From: Candidatus Kapaibacterium sp.
GTDB lineage: Bacteria > Bacteroidota > Ignavibacteria > Kapaibacteriales > UBA2268
Length of the DNA: 64,000 nt
Assembly: GCA_963664875.1 (NCBI GenBank)
Contig: OY761611.1
Span: 480,001-544,000, forward strand
Reading direction: 5' to 3'
The position numbers and the translations under genes are program-made. Under the pieces are notes generated by a model, which saw only the letters and a list, made by a program, of their open reading frames with translations, was not told where the DNA came from and made no database searches. Positions 53,716-63,999 of this stretch are shown here, one piece after another (position 1 is the stretch's first letter; each line of letters begins with the position of its first letter).

Positions 53716-55023
53716 ATGAAATATTTACTCTTTTTCTTTACACTTCTGACTATCCACTATATCCCTTGTTTATCAATGGATTATACGGCATTACTTAACA
53801 ATGATTCTTCCATCGTCAGTGTAAATATTTTAAAGACAAACATATTTAGCTTTACAAACGCAATTTCGCTTGATGATATAAATAAGCATTTCTCTTCGAA
53901 CTCTGATGGACTATTAGATCAAAATGATAAGGCTGAGCTATTTGATAAGTTCACTGATAATTCAAAAGTAGCAGGATTTATAGAAGTTACACCTTTATCT
54001 TTAAGCTATAAAATTTCTGATTTCAGAATTGATTTTTCGATCAAAGATTTGGCATACTTTGACTTCAAGATACCAAAACATGTACCTGAGATATTGCTAT
54101 ATGGCAATAATCAAAATAAGCATTATAACGTCGACAAATTTTCTTTCAAAAGTGCATATTTTAGGAAATACACATTAGGAACATCAACATATTTCAATAA
54201 TCTTCCTACATTCGATATCTTTCCGGAGAACTCCGAATTGGGTATAAACATTTCTTACATACAAGGGTACAGCTACGTAAACGCTAGAGTAAGTTCTTCA
54301 GACTTATTTACTGACCAATACAATAGAATAACCGGATATGTCAATATTGAAGCTCAAACAGCATTTTCGAGAGATTTTGGTGTAAATCACGACTACGCCA
54401 ATACCGAATATGCAAGCAATTTTGGTTTGCTAAATAAACCGGCAGGTACCGGCGTATCATTTGATATCTACTGGAAGTCTTTTTATCTGGATTCTGCTAT
54501 AAATTTCAAAATTGGTTTATATGACATAGGTACAATCACCTGGAATGATAATACAGGTCTTTATTGGTCAAATTCGGATTTTCTTTTGAGTGATATTTTC
54601 AATGAAGCTCAGATTGATAGTTTAGAAAATGCATTTGACTTTCAAAGTAGAGAAAATAATTTTACAGTAGCTGCCCCTGCAAGCTTTAAAGCTTCAATCT
54701 CTGCTGATATAAACAATTATGTAGAGATTCCTTTTTTGATAAATGCTCAACTGAATTATTATCAAGCTCTCAATTCTACTTTTTATAATGATTATACTCC
54801 AAAATTCTCTTTTATTCTTGAAAACAGCTTTGTGCAGTATCTCCCATCTCTTGGAATTGGAATCTGTAACAACTTTTTTAACATCATAGAATTCCCTTTA
54901 TTTATTTCTTTTCGCAATTCCTATTTTGATGGATTATTAGGAGTTAGAGACTTTGTAAGTTTCTTGTCTAATAGCTATGACAACATTTCTATTGTCTCTT
55001 CTTTTACTTTTTATATCAATTAG
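53716..55023 (+). CDS. Outer-membrane beta-barrel, DUF5723-like
   Basis: Signal peptide; 'LLYGN', 'YIQG', 'G.GVSFD', 'DIGTITW' motifs. Confidence 0.65.
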   Translation: MKYLLFFFTLLTIHYIPCLSMDYTALLNNDSSIVSVNILKTNIFSFTNAISLDDINKHFSSNSDGLLDQNDKAELFDKFTDNSKVAGFIEVTPLSLSYKISDFRIDFSIKDLAYFDFKIPKHVPEILLYGNNQNKHYNVDKFSFKSAYFRKYTLGTSTYFNNLPTFDIFPENSELGINISYIQGYSYVNARVSSSDLFTDQYNRITGYVNIEAQTAFSRDFGVNHDYANTEYASNFGLLNKPAGTGVSFDIYWKSFYLDSAINFKIGLYDIGTITWNDNTGLYWSNSDFLLSDIFNEAQIDSLENAFDFQSRENNFTVAAPASFKASISADINNYVEIPFLINAQLNYYQALNSTFYNDYTPKFSFILENSFVQYLPSLGIGICNNFFNIIEFPLFISFRNSYFDGLLGVRDFVSFLSNSYDNISIVSSFTFYIN

Positions 55024-55180
55024 CTGCAACTTTATTTCAACTGATGTGTTTGTTGTATTGATTCTGCTTTGATAGCTATCTAAATTAAAGAATCAAAACA
55101 GCTTGCTACAAATTTATCGATGGGATACCGATTGTTTGTAGCAAGCCATTATTTCAAAGATTGAATGGTAGGTTGTGGTT

Positions 55181-57664
55181 ATGAAAACGATTATCTCTTT
55201 TCTTGTTATGTTTCTATTTGCTTTTGGTTTGTCCCACTCTCAGGACATCTCTTCTTATGGGCGACATTTTCTTTTTGCTATACCGCCTAATGACACAGAT
55301 AATAACGAGACTGATTTGAATGTATTGAAGTTATATATAACAGCTATAGAACAAAGTGAAGTCCTTGTTACTTACAATGGTATAACAAATACATATAACA
55401 TCGATGCAAATTCCACAAAAGAAATTGATTTGATGAATCAGATGCAACATAATAATTTCAAATTTGCACAAGAAGTATATGAGACCGGTACTGTTAAAAA
55501 TAAGTCCTTTGAAGTAACATCAAACAGAGATATCTCAATTTCAGTACTTAATTCTAAAGATAAAACTGCAGATTCATTTGTTGTATTCCCAACAAATGCG
55601 TGGGGTAATAATTATATTCACTTGGCTTATTGGGATTTGCAACATGATGTCGGACTTTTTGAAACGAAATATTCCGGTTCAGGAATGTTAATTATTGCCA
55701 ATGAAGACAATACTTTACTCACTGTTAAATATAAAGGTAAAGCAGGCACTACGACCTTAAATGGTAAAAATGTGGGAGAAATTGAAAACATAACACTCAA
55801 TCACGGCGAAATCTATTCAATTAGATCTACCGGCAATGGAGAGCTGAAATATGATTTATCCGGAACTCAAGTATTATCTAATAAACCAGTCGGAGCTATT
55901 TCGTTTCACCAACGCACATCAATCCCGGGACAGCAATGGGTAAATGGCAAGGACCATTTAGTCGAAATGATCACTCCGGTAACTGCTTGGGGGAAAAAAT
56001 ATGTATGCCTACAGTTGAATCGAGAAGATAAAGAAAGCTGGTTTCAAAAAAAATGGGGTGATTATTTTAGAGGAATAGCTTCAGTAGATGGTACGATCGT
56101 CTCTTGCAAATCTTACGATTTAGAAACTGGAGAACTTTTAGACAATCTTAAATTTGAAATCGATGCAAATCAGTTTTTTGAATACAACGGTAGCAAACTA
56201 AGTACAACAAGTAATAAGTCAATAAGAGGCATTTCAGTTTGGGAATCAAATAAACCTTTTATGCTAATGCAATATTGTTATTCTGCAGATTGGGATGGTA
56301 AGTCTAATTACGATCCTTTTATGACTCTGGCAGTTCCGACCGAACAGTATGTAGAATACACTGTATTCAATGTACCGGGTGAATCAAGCGGAATATTATA
56401 CAGTTATGCTAACTTATTAGTAAATGCCTCCGACACAGAGAAAGAAATTCTTAAAACTATGAAATTAGATGGTATATCTTTAGCAGATCAATTTCCGCAA
56501 CTACTTCTGAATAAAGTACCAAATGAAGATTTGTTCTGGCTTAGACTACCTATTTCACAAGGTAATCACATAATCGAATCCGATACAAAGTTCGGAGCGT
56601 ATTTATACGGATTCGGAGAGCATATATCTTACGGCCACACAACTTCGCAGGGCTTTAAAGTCATAAATAACGACGGTGTTCCAAAAATTGAATTGACCGA
56701 AGTAGGTTGCGGAGAGTACCGCATTTCTGTTTCTGACTCATCAGGAATTCAAAATCTTGAGTTTGCAGATGTATCTAATATTACAATCGATACTACTGAT
56801 TTTTATAAAGCTGTTAATACCTTCCATTACAGCTTTAATATTTATGTCCAAGATATTAACTTAGATTGTAAAGCAACAATTTTTGCAACTGATGTGCTTG
56901 GATTTACCGGAAAACTTGTCTTTACTTTCCCTGAAGAAGAAACGAAGTATTATCAAATTCAGTTAAATCCGACAAAACCTATTTTTGAAACTACCGATAA
57001 AATAAAGGCAGACATTAAAATAACAACTGAGTATTGGGATATTTATCCGCTGGATAATTTTGAATTGGAAGTAGAATTTGATCCCGCAAAATATCGTTTT
57101 GAGTCTTTTGAAAGTTCTTTGGGCGATGATTATATCATTTCGGAAAGATTAGATACTTCTGATGCTATCAATAAATGTATCATCAAATTTGAAGCTTTAA
57201 CAGACACAACAATCATCAATTCCGATTCTGTAATTGGAGCTATTGTATTTAATTACAGATGGAACAATGATATAAGTCCGTCCTTTACTGCGGATATGTA
57301 TGCATCTCCTTATTCAACTCGTTGTATAAAATCGAAAAAAGATACGGTCACAACTCCTGTTAGAATGTGTGCACCAGAAATTTTTGCCATTGAAATGGGT
57401 GAAAATTATAACTTAAGTAAAATAGCTCCTAATCCTATCTCTAACCAAATAGAATTTTCTATCACTGTACCTTTCGACACACAAGGTCAGATTAGTATTA
57501 TAGATTTGAATGGCAAAATAGTCAAAGATATTCTTTCAGGTACAGTAAGCAATGGTACGTCAGATTTCAAAGTTGATACTAAAGAAATACCTGCAGGTGT
57601 TTACATCTTAAAAGTGCAGGCTGGGCTTATGAATACGCAACAAAAGATAATAAAAGTTGACTAA
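55181..57664 (+). CDS. IgGFc-binding-domain protein with cohesin-like segment and T9SS CTD
   Basis: Signal peptide; 'GRHFLFAIP.N', 'P..AWG..Y', 'DLSGT.V.SNKPV', 'DHLVEM', 'DPFM', 'ISYG'; CTD 'PNP...IIDLNG..PAGVYILK'. Confidence 0.82.
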   Translation: MKTIISFLVMFLFAFGLSHSQDISSYGRHFLFAIPPNDTDNNETDLNVLKLYITAIEQSEVLVTYNGITNTYNIDANSTKEIDLMNQMQHNNFKFAQEVYETGTVKNKSFEVTSNRDISISVLNSKDKTADSFVVFPTNAWGNNYIHLAYWDLQHDVGLFETKYSGSGMLIIANEDNTLLTVKYKGKAGTTTLNGKNVGEIENITLNHGEIYSIRSTGNGELKYDLSGTQVLSNKPVGAISFHQRTSIPGQQWVNGKDHLVEMITPVTAWGKKYVCLQLNREDKESWFQKKWGDYFRGIASVDGTIVSCKSYDLETGELLDNLKFEIDANQFFEYNGSKLSTTSNKSIRGISVWESNKPFMLMQYCYSADWDGKSNYDPFMTLAVPTEQYVEYTVFNVPGESSGILYSYANLLVNASDTEKEILKTMKLDGISLADQFPQLLLNKVPNEDLFWLRLPISQGNHIIESDTKFGAYLYGFGEHISYGHTTSQGFKVINNDGVPKIELTEVGCGEYRISVSDSSGIQNLEFADVSNITIDTTDFYKAVNTFHYSFNIYVQDINLDCKATIFATDVLGFTGKLVFTFPEEETKYYQIQLNPTKPIFETTDKIKADIKITTEYWDIYPLDNFELEVEFDPAKYRFESFESSLGDDYIISERLDTSDAINKCIIKFEALTDTTIINSDSVIGAIVFNYRWNNDISPSFTADMYASPYSTRCIKSKKDTVTTPVRMCAPEIFAIEMGENYNLSKIAPNPISNQIEFSITVPFDTQGQISIIDLNGKIVKDILSGTVSNGTSDFKVDTKEIPAGVYILKVQAGLMNTQQKIIKVD

Positions 57665-57665
57665 C

Positions 57666-58655
57666 TTAACGCACATTCAATTGGCTTTGGCGGATTAGAT
57701 ACAAATCCGCCAGAGCTATAGCTGTAGCAGCTTCTACTATTACCGGCATCCTTAATGCAATACAGGCATCATGTCTTCCATTGATTTCAATTTTTTGTTT
57801 TTTACCTGTTTCTAAATTGATTGTAGTCTGCACTTGAGAAATGCTACTGGTTGGTTTTATTGCAACTCTGAAAACAATATCATTACCATTACTGATACCA
57901 CCGTTAATCCCACCGGAATGATTTGTTTTAGTTTTACCGGTAGCATCTAAAATTTCATCATTATGCTCTGAACCATACATATTTGCTGCTCCAAAACCGG
58001 AGCCAAATTCTATTCCTTTTATGCCCGGAATTGCAAAAATGATGTGTGATAGATAAGACTCAATGCTGTCAAAAAATGGCTCCCCAATTCCTATATCCAT
58101 ATTTGAGACAATACATTCTACAACTCCACCTACTGAATCTTTTTTCTCTATAGCAATATCTATTTCCTTATTTATATCATGATTAGAATGTACTGATGTA
58201 AGATTTGCTTCGATTTTGGTTTTTTCAAGAATAATTTTTGCTATTACGCCTGCTGCAACTATTCCTGTTGTTAGCCTGCCTGAAAAGTGACCTCCGCCAT
58301 TTGGATTATTAAAGCCGAAGTATTTTTTGTGAGCTACAAAATCGGAATGTCCGGGTCGAGCCAGGCTACTGATTTGACTATAATCTTCTGATTTTGTATC
58401 AGTATTATTAAAAACCAACATTAAAGGAGAAGCGGTGGTTTTACCCATATATACACCTGAGACAATTTTCGGCAATAATATATCTCTTCTGCTTGTTGTC
58501 CCTTTTATCTTGGGCATTCTCCTTGATAAATCAAGTTCAAAATCAGATTCCGAAATTGAAATACCTGCAGGAACTCCATCAATAGTAACCCCTACTGCAA
58601 ATCCGTGTGATTCACCAAATATTTGTACTTTAAATAGTCTTCCAAATGAATTCAT
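57666..58655 (-). CDS. aroC: Chorismate synthase
   Basis: 'FGESHG', 'RPGHSD', 'GGGHFSGR', 'DSVGG', 'GGINGGISNG', 'KPTSSI', 'RHDAC'. Confidence 0.97.
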   Translation of the reverse strand: MNSFGRLFKVQIFGESHGFAVGVTIDGVPAGISISESDFELDLSRRMPKIKGTTSRRDILLPKIVSGVYMGKTTASPLMLVFNNTDTKSEDYSQISSLARPGHSDFVAHKKYFGFNNPNGGGHFSGRLTTGIVAAGVIAKIILEKTKIEANLTSVHSNHDINKEIDIAIEKKDSVGGVVECIVSNMDIGIGEPFFDSIESYLSHIIFAIPGIKGIEFGSGFGAANMYGSEHNDEILDATGKTKTNHSGGINGGISNGNDIVFRVAIKPTSSISQVQTTINLETGKKQKIEINGRHDACIALRMPVIVEAATAIALADLYLIRQSQLNVR

Positions 58656-58657
58656 AT

Positions 58658-59917
58658 TTATTTGTCTTCTACTAATGTTTCTAAAATGTTATAAAACTCA
58701 GGGTAGGACTTAGTTATACAACTTGGATTTTTGAGAGTAATCGTACCTTCAGTTCTTAATGCAGCAACTGATAAAGCCATGGCTATTCTGTGATCATTAT
58801 ATGAGTCCACTTCAGCACCATACAATTTACTACCATGAATATACATGTTATCATTTTCAAAATAAATCTCCGCATTCAGCTTTCGAAATTGACTAACTAA
58901 AGCATCTCTCCTATTAGATTCTTTTTCTAATAGCCTGTGTACTCCTTTTATTATTGAGATACCTTCGCATTGAGTCGCTAAAGCAACCAAAGGAGGGAAT
59001 AAATCCGGAGTATTTGTTGCATCATAATTGAATGACGATAATTTAGAACGTGACACTATGATACTATTATCAGTATAATGTATATCTGCACCCACACTCA
59101 TTAATACTTGGAAAATTTCTAAATCTCCCTGTTTACTGTTAAGATTAAGGTTTTGAAGTTCTATTGAGCCTGAAATAGCAGCAGCTACAGCAAAAAAAGC
59201 AGCCGCACTATAGTCTCCTTCTATATTTAACTCAACAGCTTTATATTTTTGATTACCCGGGATTTGATAGTGTTTGTAATCGGTAGTAGTGATGTTGATA
59301 CCAAATGTTCTTAGAATATCAACTGTTAAAGCTAAATATGGTAATGAAACCGGATTAGATATCTGCAAAATACTATCTGCATCTAACAAGGGCAATGCAT
59401 AAAGCAACCCCGACACTAATTGTGAACTATCCGGAGATTCAATAAAATATTTGCCTGGTTTCAATGATGACATAATACTGTAATTATAATCAGTAGTGCT
59501 ATAATCAAGATATTGACTAAAAAGCTCTATTTCTCTACCAATACTTCTTTTAAAGAGTGACGAAGCTCCTCCGACTTTTATATCTGAACCGTTGCTTGCT
59601 GCAATTGGCAAAATGGATCTTAAACAAAAACCTGACTCTAAGCAATCTAATTTCAAATTATGATACTTTCGGTCTATATAATTTTGAATACCCAATATTG
59701 TTGTTTGATTTTCTCTTTGCTCAATTTTTGCTCCTAACTTTTGAGCAATATTCAAAGCAGCTTTAACATCGTCACAATTAGAAAGATTATTTAAGATAGA
59801 AGTCTCTTCGGAGAGCATGGCAGACCAAACTGCTCGTTGGCTTATACTCTTTGAGCCAATTACATTTACTTTACCTTGCACAGCTCCGGATTTGGGATAA
59901 TATATTTTAGATTCCAT
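58658..59917 (-). CDS. aroA: EPSP synthase
   Basis: 'GSKS...R', 'ESG', 'SSQ', 'EGDYS.A', 'PDL.P', 'KESNR', 'DHRIAM', 'KSYPEF'. Confidence 0.95.
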   Translation of the reverse strand: MESKIYYPKSGAVQGKVNVIGSKSISQRAVWSAMLSEETSILNNLSNCDDVKAALNIAQKLGAKIEQRENQTTILGIQNYIDRKYHNLKLDCLESGFCLRSILPIAASNGSDIKVGGASSLFKRSIGREIELFSQYLDYSTTDYNYSIMSSLKPGKYFIESPDSSQLVSGLLYALPLLDADSILQISNPVSLPYLALTVDILRTFGINITTTDYKHYQIPGNQKYKAVELNIEGDYSAAAFFAVAAAISGSIELQNLNLNSKQGDLEIFQVLMSVGADIHYTDNSIIVSRSKLSSFNYDATNTPDLFPPLVALATQCEGISIIKGVHRLLEKESNRRDALVSQFRKLNAEIYFENDNMYIHGSKLYGAEVDSYNDHRIAMALSVAALRTEGTITLKNPSCITKSYPEFYNILETLVEDK

Positions 59918-61160
59918 AGTAAAGTTTCAATTCTTTTGTAAGCAAATCTATAGCTTCAAGTTCAGTTGAATTATTATCCAAAATTGAACTGCAACAACTG
60001 AAATACTTATCTTTTCGTGTTTCAAAAAGCTGTTGTGGATTTGATTTCAACATAGGACGATTATCTTTATCAATTTTAGAAATGTAAGTATTGAGATTTC
60101 TATATATCCAAATGACATGCTCATAGCTCGAAAGAATAGAGTGATTTTCATCTTTTTCAACAATTCCACCACCACAAGATATAATACAATTAGTCTTTGT
60201 AGTTAAAGACACCAAAAATTCTGTTTCGAGTTTTCTAAAATACTCTTCTCCAAATTTTTCAAATATTTCAGAAATAGACATACCAACTTTGTCTTCAATA
60301 AGATTATCAATATCATAGAATTCGAAATTCATTATATTGGCTATTTCTTTTCCAATTGTAGTTTTCCCTGCCCCCATGAATCCGATTAAGACAATCTGCT
60401 TTTTATCTTGTTGCAAAATGCTCTTTACACTCTTATAGATTCTTTCTTTGATATGCTTTTCAACTGTAAAACTGAACCAACATTCGAACGCATAAATAGC
60501 TTGTGAAACAAGCCACTCTAAACCATTTCTATATTCACACTTTACAATCTTCGCATAAGTTTGTAAAGTACTCGTAACATATTGAGAATCTATTATTATA
60601 TCATCAACTCTAATATCCAATTTGTCAAATAATACATCATTATGACTTGGTATGGTTGAGATAAATATGCACTGAGCCTCTGGATGGATAAAATCAGAGT
60701 ATTCTTGATACGAGATGTTATTTAATCTAAAAACAGAATCTATGCTATTAGGAAATCTACTTAATACAGTAACAGATTTATTTAAGGATTTGCTAGCGAC
60801 AGCAGCAGAGAAAGCGCTATTACCTCCTCCTAATATCACAAGATTGTCAATATTTATTTTACTGATAATATTTGAAAGTGCATATATATCTGTGTTGATG
60901 ACTTCGCCTGTCGTAAAATCCAAAGTATTTACAACCGGAAGCTCTGATTTGAAATGTTTTGGTATCTCTGATTTATAAGGTGATGTTATATTGATACCAT
61001 CTATACACAAATCTTTTGCTATTGAGATGATATTATCAATATTTTCGGATATTATCCTTACATATTTTGCATCAATATCATGTTGCTTATAAAGCGTATT
61101 ATGGATATCCGGACTTTTGCTATGAAGTATAGGACTACCAATAACTCCAAATTTTCGCAT
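59907..61160 (-). CDS. Fused shikimate dehydrogenase/shikimate kinase (AroE-AroK)
   Basis: N-terminal 'G.P..HSKSP..HN', 'NIT.PYK', 'NTD'; C-terminal 'LIGFMGAGKTT', 'GEEYFR..E', 'GGG', 'RP'. Confidence 0.9.
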   Translation of the reverse strand: MRKFGVIGSPILHSKSPDIHNTLYKQHDIDAKYVRIISENIDNIISIAKDLCIDGINITSPYKSEIPKHFKSELPVVNTLDFTTGEVINTDIYALSNIISKINIDNLVILGGGNSAFSAAVASKSLNKSVTVLSRFPNSIDSVFRLNNISYQEYSDFIHPEAQCIFISTIPSHNDVLFDKLDIRVDDIIIDSQYVTSTLQTYAKIVKCEYRNGLEWLVSQAIYAFECWFSFTVEKHIKERIYKSVKSILQQDKKQIVLIGFMGAGKTTIGKEIANIMNFEFYDIDNLIEDKVGMSISEIFEKFGEEYFRKLETEFLVSLTTKTNCIISCGGGIVEKDENHSILSSYEHVIWIYRNLNTYISKIDKDNRPMLKSNPQQLFETRKDKYFSCCSSILDNNSTELEAIDLLTKELKLYYGI

Positions 61161-61236
61161 ACTTCACCTTATTATTAGTTGCAACAAATATAACAAAACT
61201 TGGCAAATAATAATACATTAGAACAGCATGAAGAGG

Positions 61237-61458
61237 CTAATTAAGACCAAACAGACGTTTGGATCGGATAAACATTCCTACAACTACAAGATAAGGAATC
61301 ATGATGCAAAGCGTAATAATTTTTGCTTTATCTATTGGAAATAAATGGGACAAGAAAGTATTTACGACAATTGCAAATACCCAACCGAATGCTGACATTG
61401 CAATAAGTTTAAAATATTCAAAAGTCTTATTTCTTTTGGAGTAAGTATAAATTTCCAT
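61237..61458 (-). CDS. Small two-TM membrane protein
   Basis: GGGGA SD before the ATG; two hydrophobic helices; TATATTTG element at 61515-61522. Confidence 0.6.
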   Translation of the reverse strand: MEIYTYSKRNKTFEYFKLIAMSAFGWVFAIVVNTFLSHLFPIDKAKIITLCIMIPYLVVVGMFIRSKRLFGLN

Positions 61459-61541
61459 AATTTCCCCATACCTATAAACACTTATAGCAAATTACAACTA
61501 TCAATTATATTTTGCAAATATATTTTTAGATAGTGAACTAT

Positions 61542-63062
61542 TTATTTTTTAATTGCTGTGTTTAGTAGTTGTGGAAATATATCTAAAAGTGATGGCAAAT
61601 TTTCGATATCAAAAGTTATTGCAAGTTTATTCAGTTCATCTCCATACTCAAGAAAAACATTAGAATTTATTTCTTCTCCGAAATTGCGAATTTCAGCTGC
61701 AAATTTTCTAATATCATTTATTACATTAGTCTTTCTGATATAATAATAGAAATCACTAAGCTTTTCGTTTTGTAGTCTGACTATGGATTTGTCTATTACA
61801 TCCAACTCCAAAACAATATCTTCAAGGTAATTCCATTTTTTCTTTGTGGTATGATCTGCGGTGTCGAATAAAGTAAAGTCTTTATTGAAGTCAATATCAT
61901 CATAAAATTTGAGGTAATTTAGACTTGAAAATTCCTGAATTGGAAAATCAATTATAAATTCGGTCCCTTTTTCCAACTTTGTGTTTACGTCGATTTTACC
62001 GCCGTAAAGCTCGGTCAGTTTCTTTACTATATAAAGCCCCATCCCTGTAGAACCTTCACCGCCAGTAGGTTTAGCCGAAAGCTTTTGCATCTTTTTAAAT
62101 AATTTAATTTTATCATTCTCATTTATACCAAGCCCTTCATCTCTAACAGAAAATCTAATATAGTGATATTCATCAATTATTATTCTCGACAATGCAATCC
62201 ATACAGTCGAATTAGGATTAGAATATTTAATAGCATTAGAAATGATATTCTGAAAAATGTCGCGTGCAGTATCTTCATCCATCAATATCTTAAAATCAGG
62301 ATATTTTAAATATTTGATTTTTATGCTTTTACTATCAGCCCAGACTAAGTTATTGATTATAATTGTATCAATGATTTTTTGAGGCGAATACATTCCAAGC
62401 TTGATTTCTCTGAAACCAGCTTCTAAAATATCATGATTTAATAGCTCATTGATAGAGTCAAGCATGAAAGTAGCACTGTTTTTTATAACATTCAGCTTTT
62501 CTAATGCGGTTTCTGTTTCCATTTTCGCATTAGAGAAAGAACTAATCAACAAATCTGTATATGTGATAATAGAATGTAGAGGATTTTTCATATCATGGGC
62601 TGCAATTCCCATAAATTCTGCTCTGTCATTCAACAAATTACGCAACCTATTATTATAGTCATTGACTTGTTGCATAGTTTTTTTGAGCATTATTTGAGTA
62701 TCTACCCTGACTAATAGTTCTTGTATTCTAACCGGTTTAGTAAGATAATCTACTGCTCCGACATCAAATGCATTCAAGACAGAATCTTCATCAGTCTTTG
62801 CAGTTAAAAATATAATAGGAATATCTTTGTAAGTATCATTAGATTTAATTTGTTGGCAAGTCTCAACTCCATCCATTCCCGGCATCATAATATCAAGGAG
62901 AATCAAATCGGGCTGCACCTCCTGCAACAACTCCAAGGCAGAAAAACCGCTCTCAGCAAGTGCTACTTCATAACCATGTTGGAATAAGTGTGTAGCTAAA
63001 AGCTGCAAATTTTCTTCAATATCATCAACAATCATTATGAGAGGTTTATGTATCTTGTTCAT
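61542..63062 (-). CDS. Hybrid REC-histidine kinase with C-terminal helical extension
   Basis: REC 'VDD..LLDIMMP..KP'; 'AHDMKNP'; 'SNAIKYS'; 'DEGLGI'; 'STGMGL'. Confidence 0.92.
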   Translation of the reverse strand: MNKIHKPLIMIVDDIEENLQLLATHLFQHGYEVALAESGFSALELLQEVQPDLILLDIMMPGMDGVETCQQIKSNDTYKDIPIIFLTAKTDEDSVLNAFDVGAVDYLTKPVRIQELLVRVDTQIMLKKTMQQVNDYNNRLRNLLNDRAEFMGIAAHDMKNPLHSIITYTDLLISSFSNAKMETETALEKLNVIKNSATFMLDSINELLNHDILEAGFREIKLGMYSPQKIIDTIIINNLVWADSKSIKIKYLKYPDFKILMDEDTARDIFQNIISNAIKYSNPNSTVWIALSRIIIDEYHYIRFSVRDEGLGINENDKIKLFKKMQKLSAKPTGGEGSTGMGLYIVKKLTELYGGKIDVNTKLEKGTEFIIDFPIQEFSSLNYLKFYDDIDFNKDFTLFDTADHTTKKKWNYLEDIVLELDVIDKSIVRLQNEKLSDFYYYIRKTNVINDIRKFAAEIRNFGEEINSNVFLEYGDELNKLAITFDIENLPSLLDIFPQLLNTAIKK

Positions 63063-63999
63063 TTTGATTCCTAATTTCATCGGATAATTTTTTGATTGAA
63101 TTCAATATTGATTTAATACCCTTTAAGTCAAAAGACTTAGCTTTTGTATCTAATTCTTGTGCATAAACACTTAAATATTCTGCATCATATTCTTCTGCAA
63201 TATTTTTTAACTTATCAATAAATTCAGAAACTTCTCCCATCACAAATCTATGTTCGAGCTTTTTGACAGAAGGCAATATATCACTTTCAAGTTTTGCTAA
63301 AAGATACTGAGAGTTTTCGTTTGCATAGAACTGATTTTGCATTTCAGTGTCACCGGAATCATTATTTTTTACAGATGTTTTTTGCATTTTGATAATAAAT
63401 CTACTATCAATAAGAGTTTCTATCTGTTTTAACAATGCATTTTTCTCCACAGGCTTAGGTAAGTAGCCTTTGCACCCTATACTTAATATTTTATCTTCAT
63501 CCCCTTTCATAGCAGAAGCAGTAAGTGCGATTATAGGAACATTTTTTAGCTGATTTATTTCTAATATCTTTGGAGTTGCTTCATACCCATCCATTACCGG
63601 CATTTTCATATCCATTAGAATCAAATCAGGTATAATTTCTGTTGCCATCTGAATTGCTTGTCGCCCATCTTCAGCTTCGTAAATATCCAAATTATTTGTC
63701 CCCAGATACTCTCTGACAAGTTTTCTATTTAGCTCGATGTCATCAACAATTAGTATCTTCAAATCCTTTAAGGCAATTTCTACGTCGCTTATCGAATTAT
63801 CAAATCCGGAAGCCACTGTGGAAGCGATATCAATGTCGTGCAGTTTAACTTCAAAAATACTTCCTTTTCCTTGTGTACTTTCCACACTTATTTGACCATT
63901 CATCATCTCAACCAATCTTTTAGTAATGGCAAGACCAAGACCGGTTCCACCATATTTTCGAGAACTTTGTCCCGCCTGCTGTCGGAATGCTTCAAAAAT
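63046..63999 (-). CDS. Hybrid histidine kinase, C-terminal part (HATPase-REC-helical tail); 5' part outside window
   Basis: The frame is open to the window edge: 'IFEAFRQQ..RKYGGTGLGLAITKRLVEMM', then REC 'VDD..LMDMKMP..LTA..KP'. Confidence 0.92.
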   Translation of the reverse strand: MFEAFRQQAGQSSRKYGGTGLGLAITKRLVEMMNGQISVESTQGKGSIFEVKLHDIDIASTVASGFDNSISDVEIALKDLKILIVDDIELNRKLVREYLGTNNLDIYEAEDGRQAIQMATEIIPDLILMDMKMPVMDGYEATPKILEINQLKNVPIIALTASAMKGDEDKILSIGCKGYLPKPVEKNALLKQIETLIDSRFIIKMQKTSVKNNDSGDTEMQNQFYANENSQYLLAKLESDILPSVKKLEHRFVMGEVSEFIDKLKNIAEEYDAEYLSVYAQELDTKAKSFDLKGIKSILNSIKKLSDEIRNQNEQDT

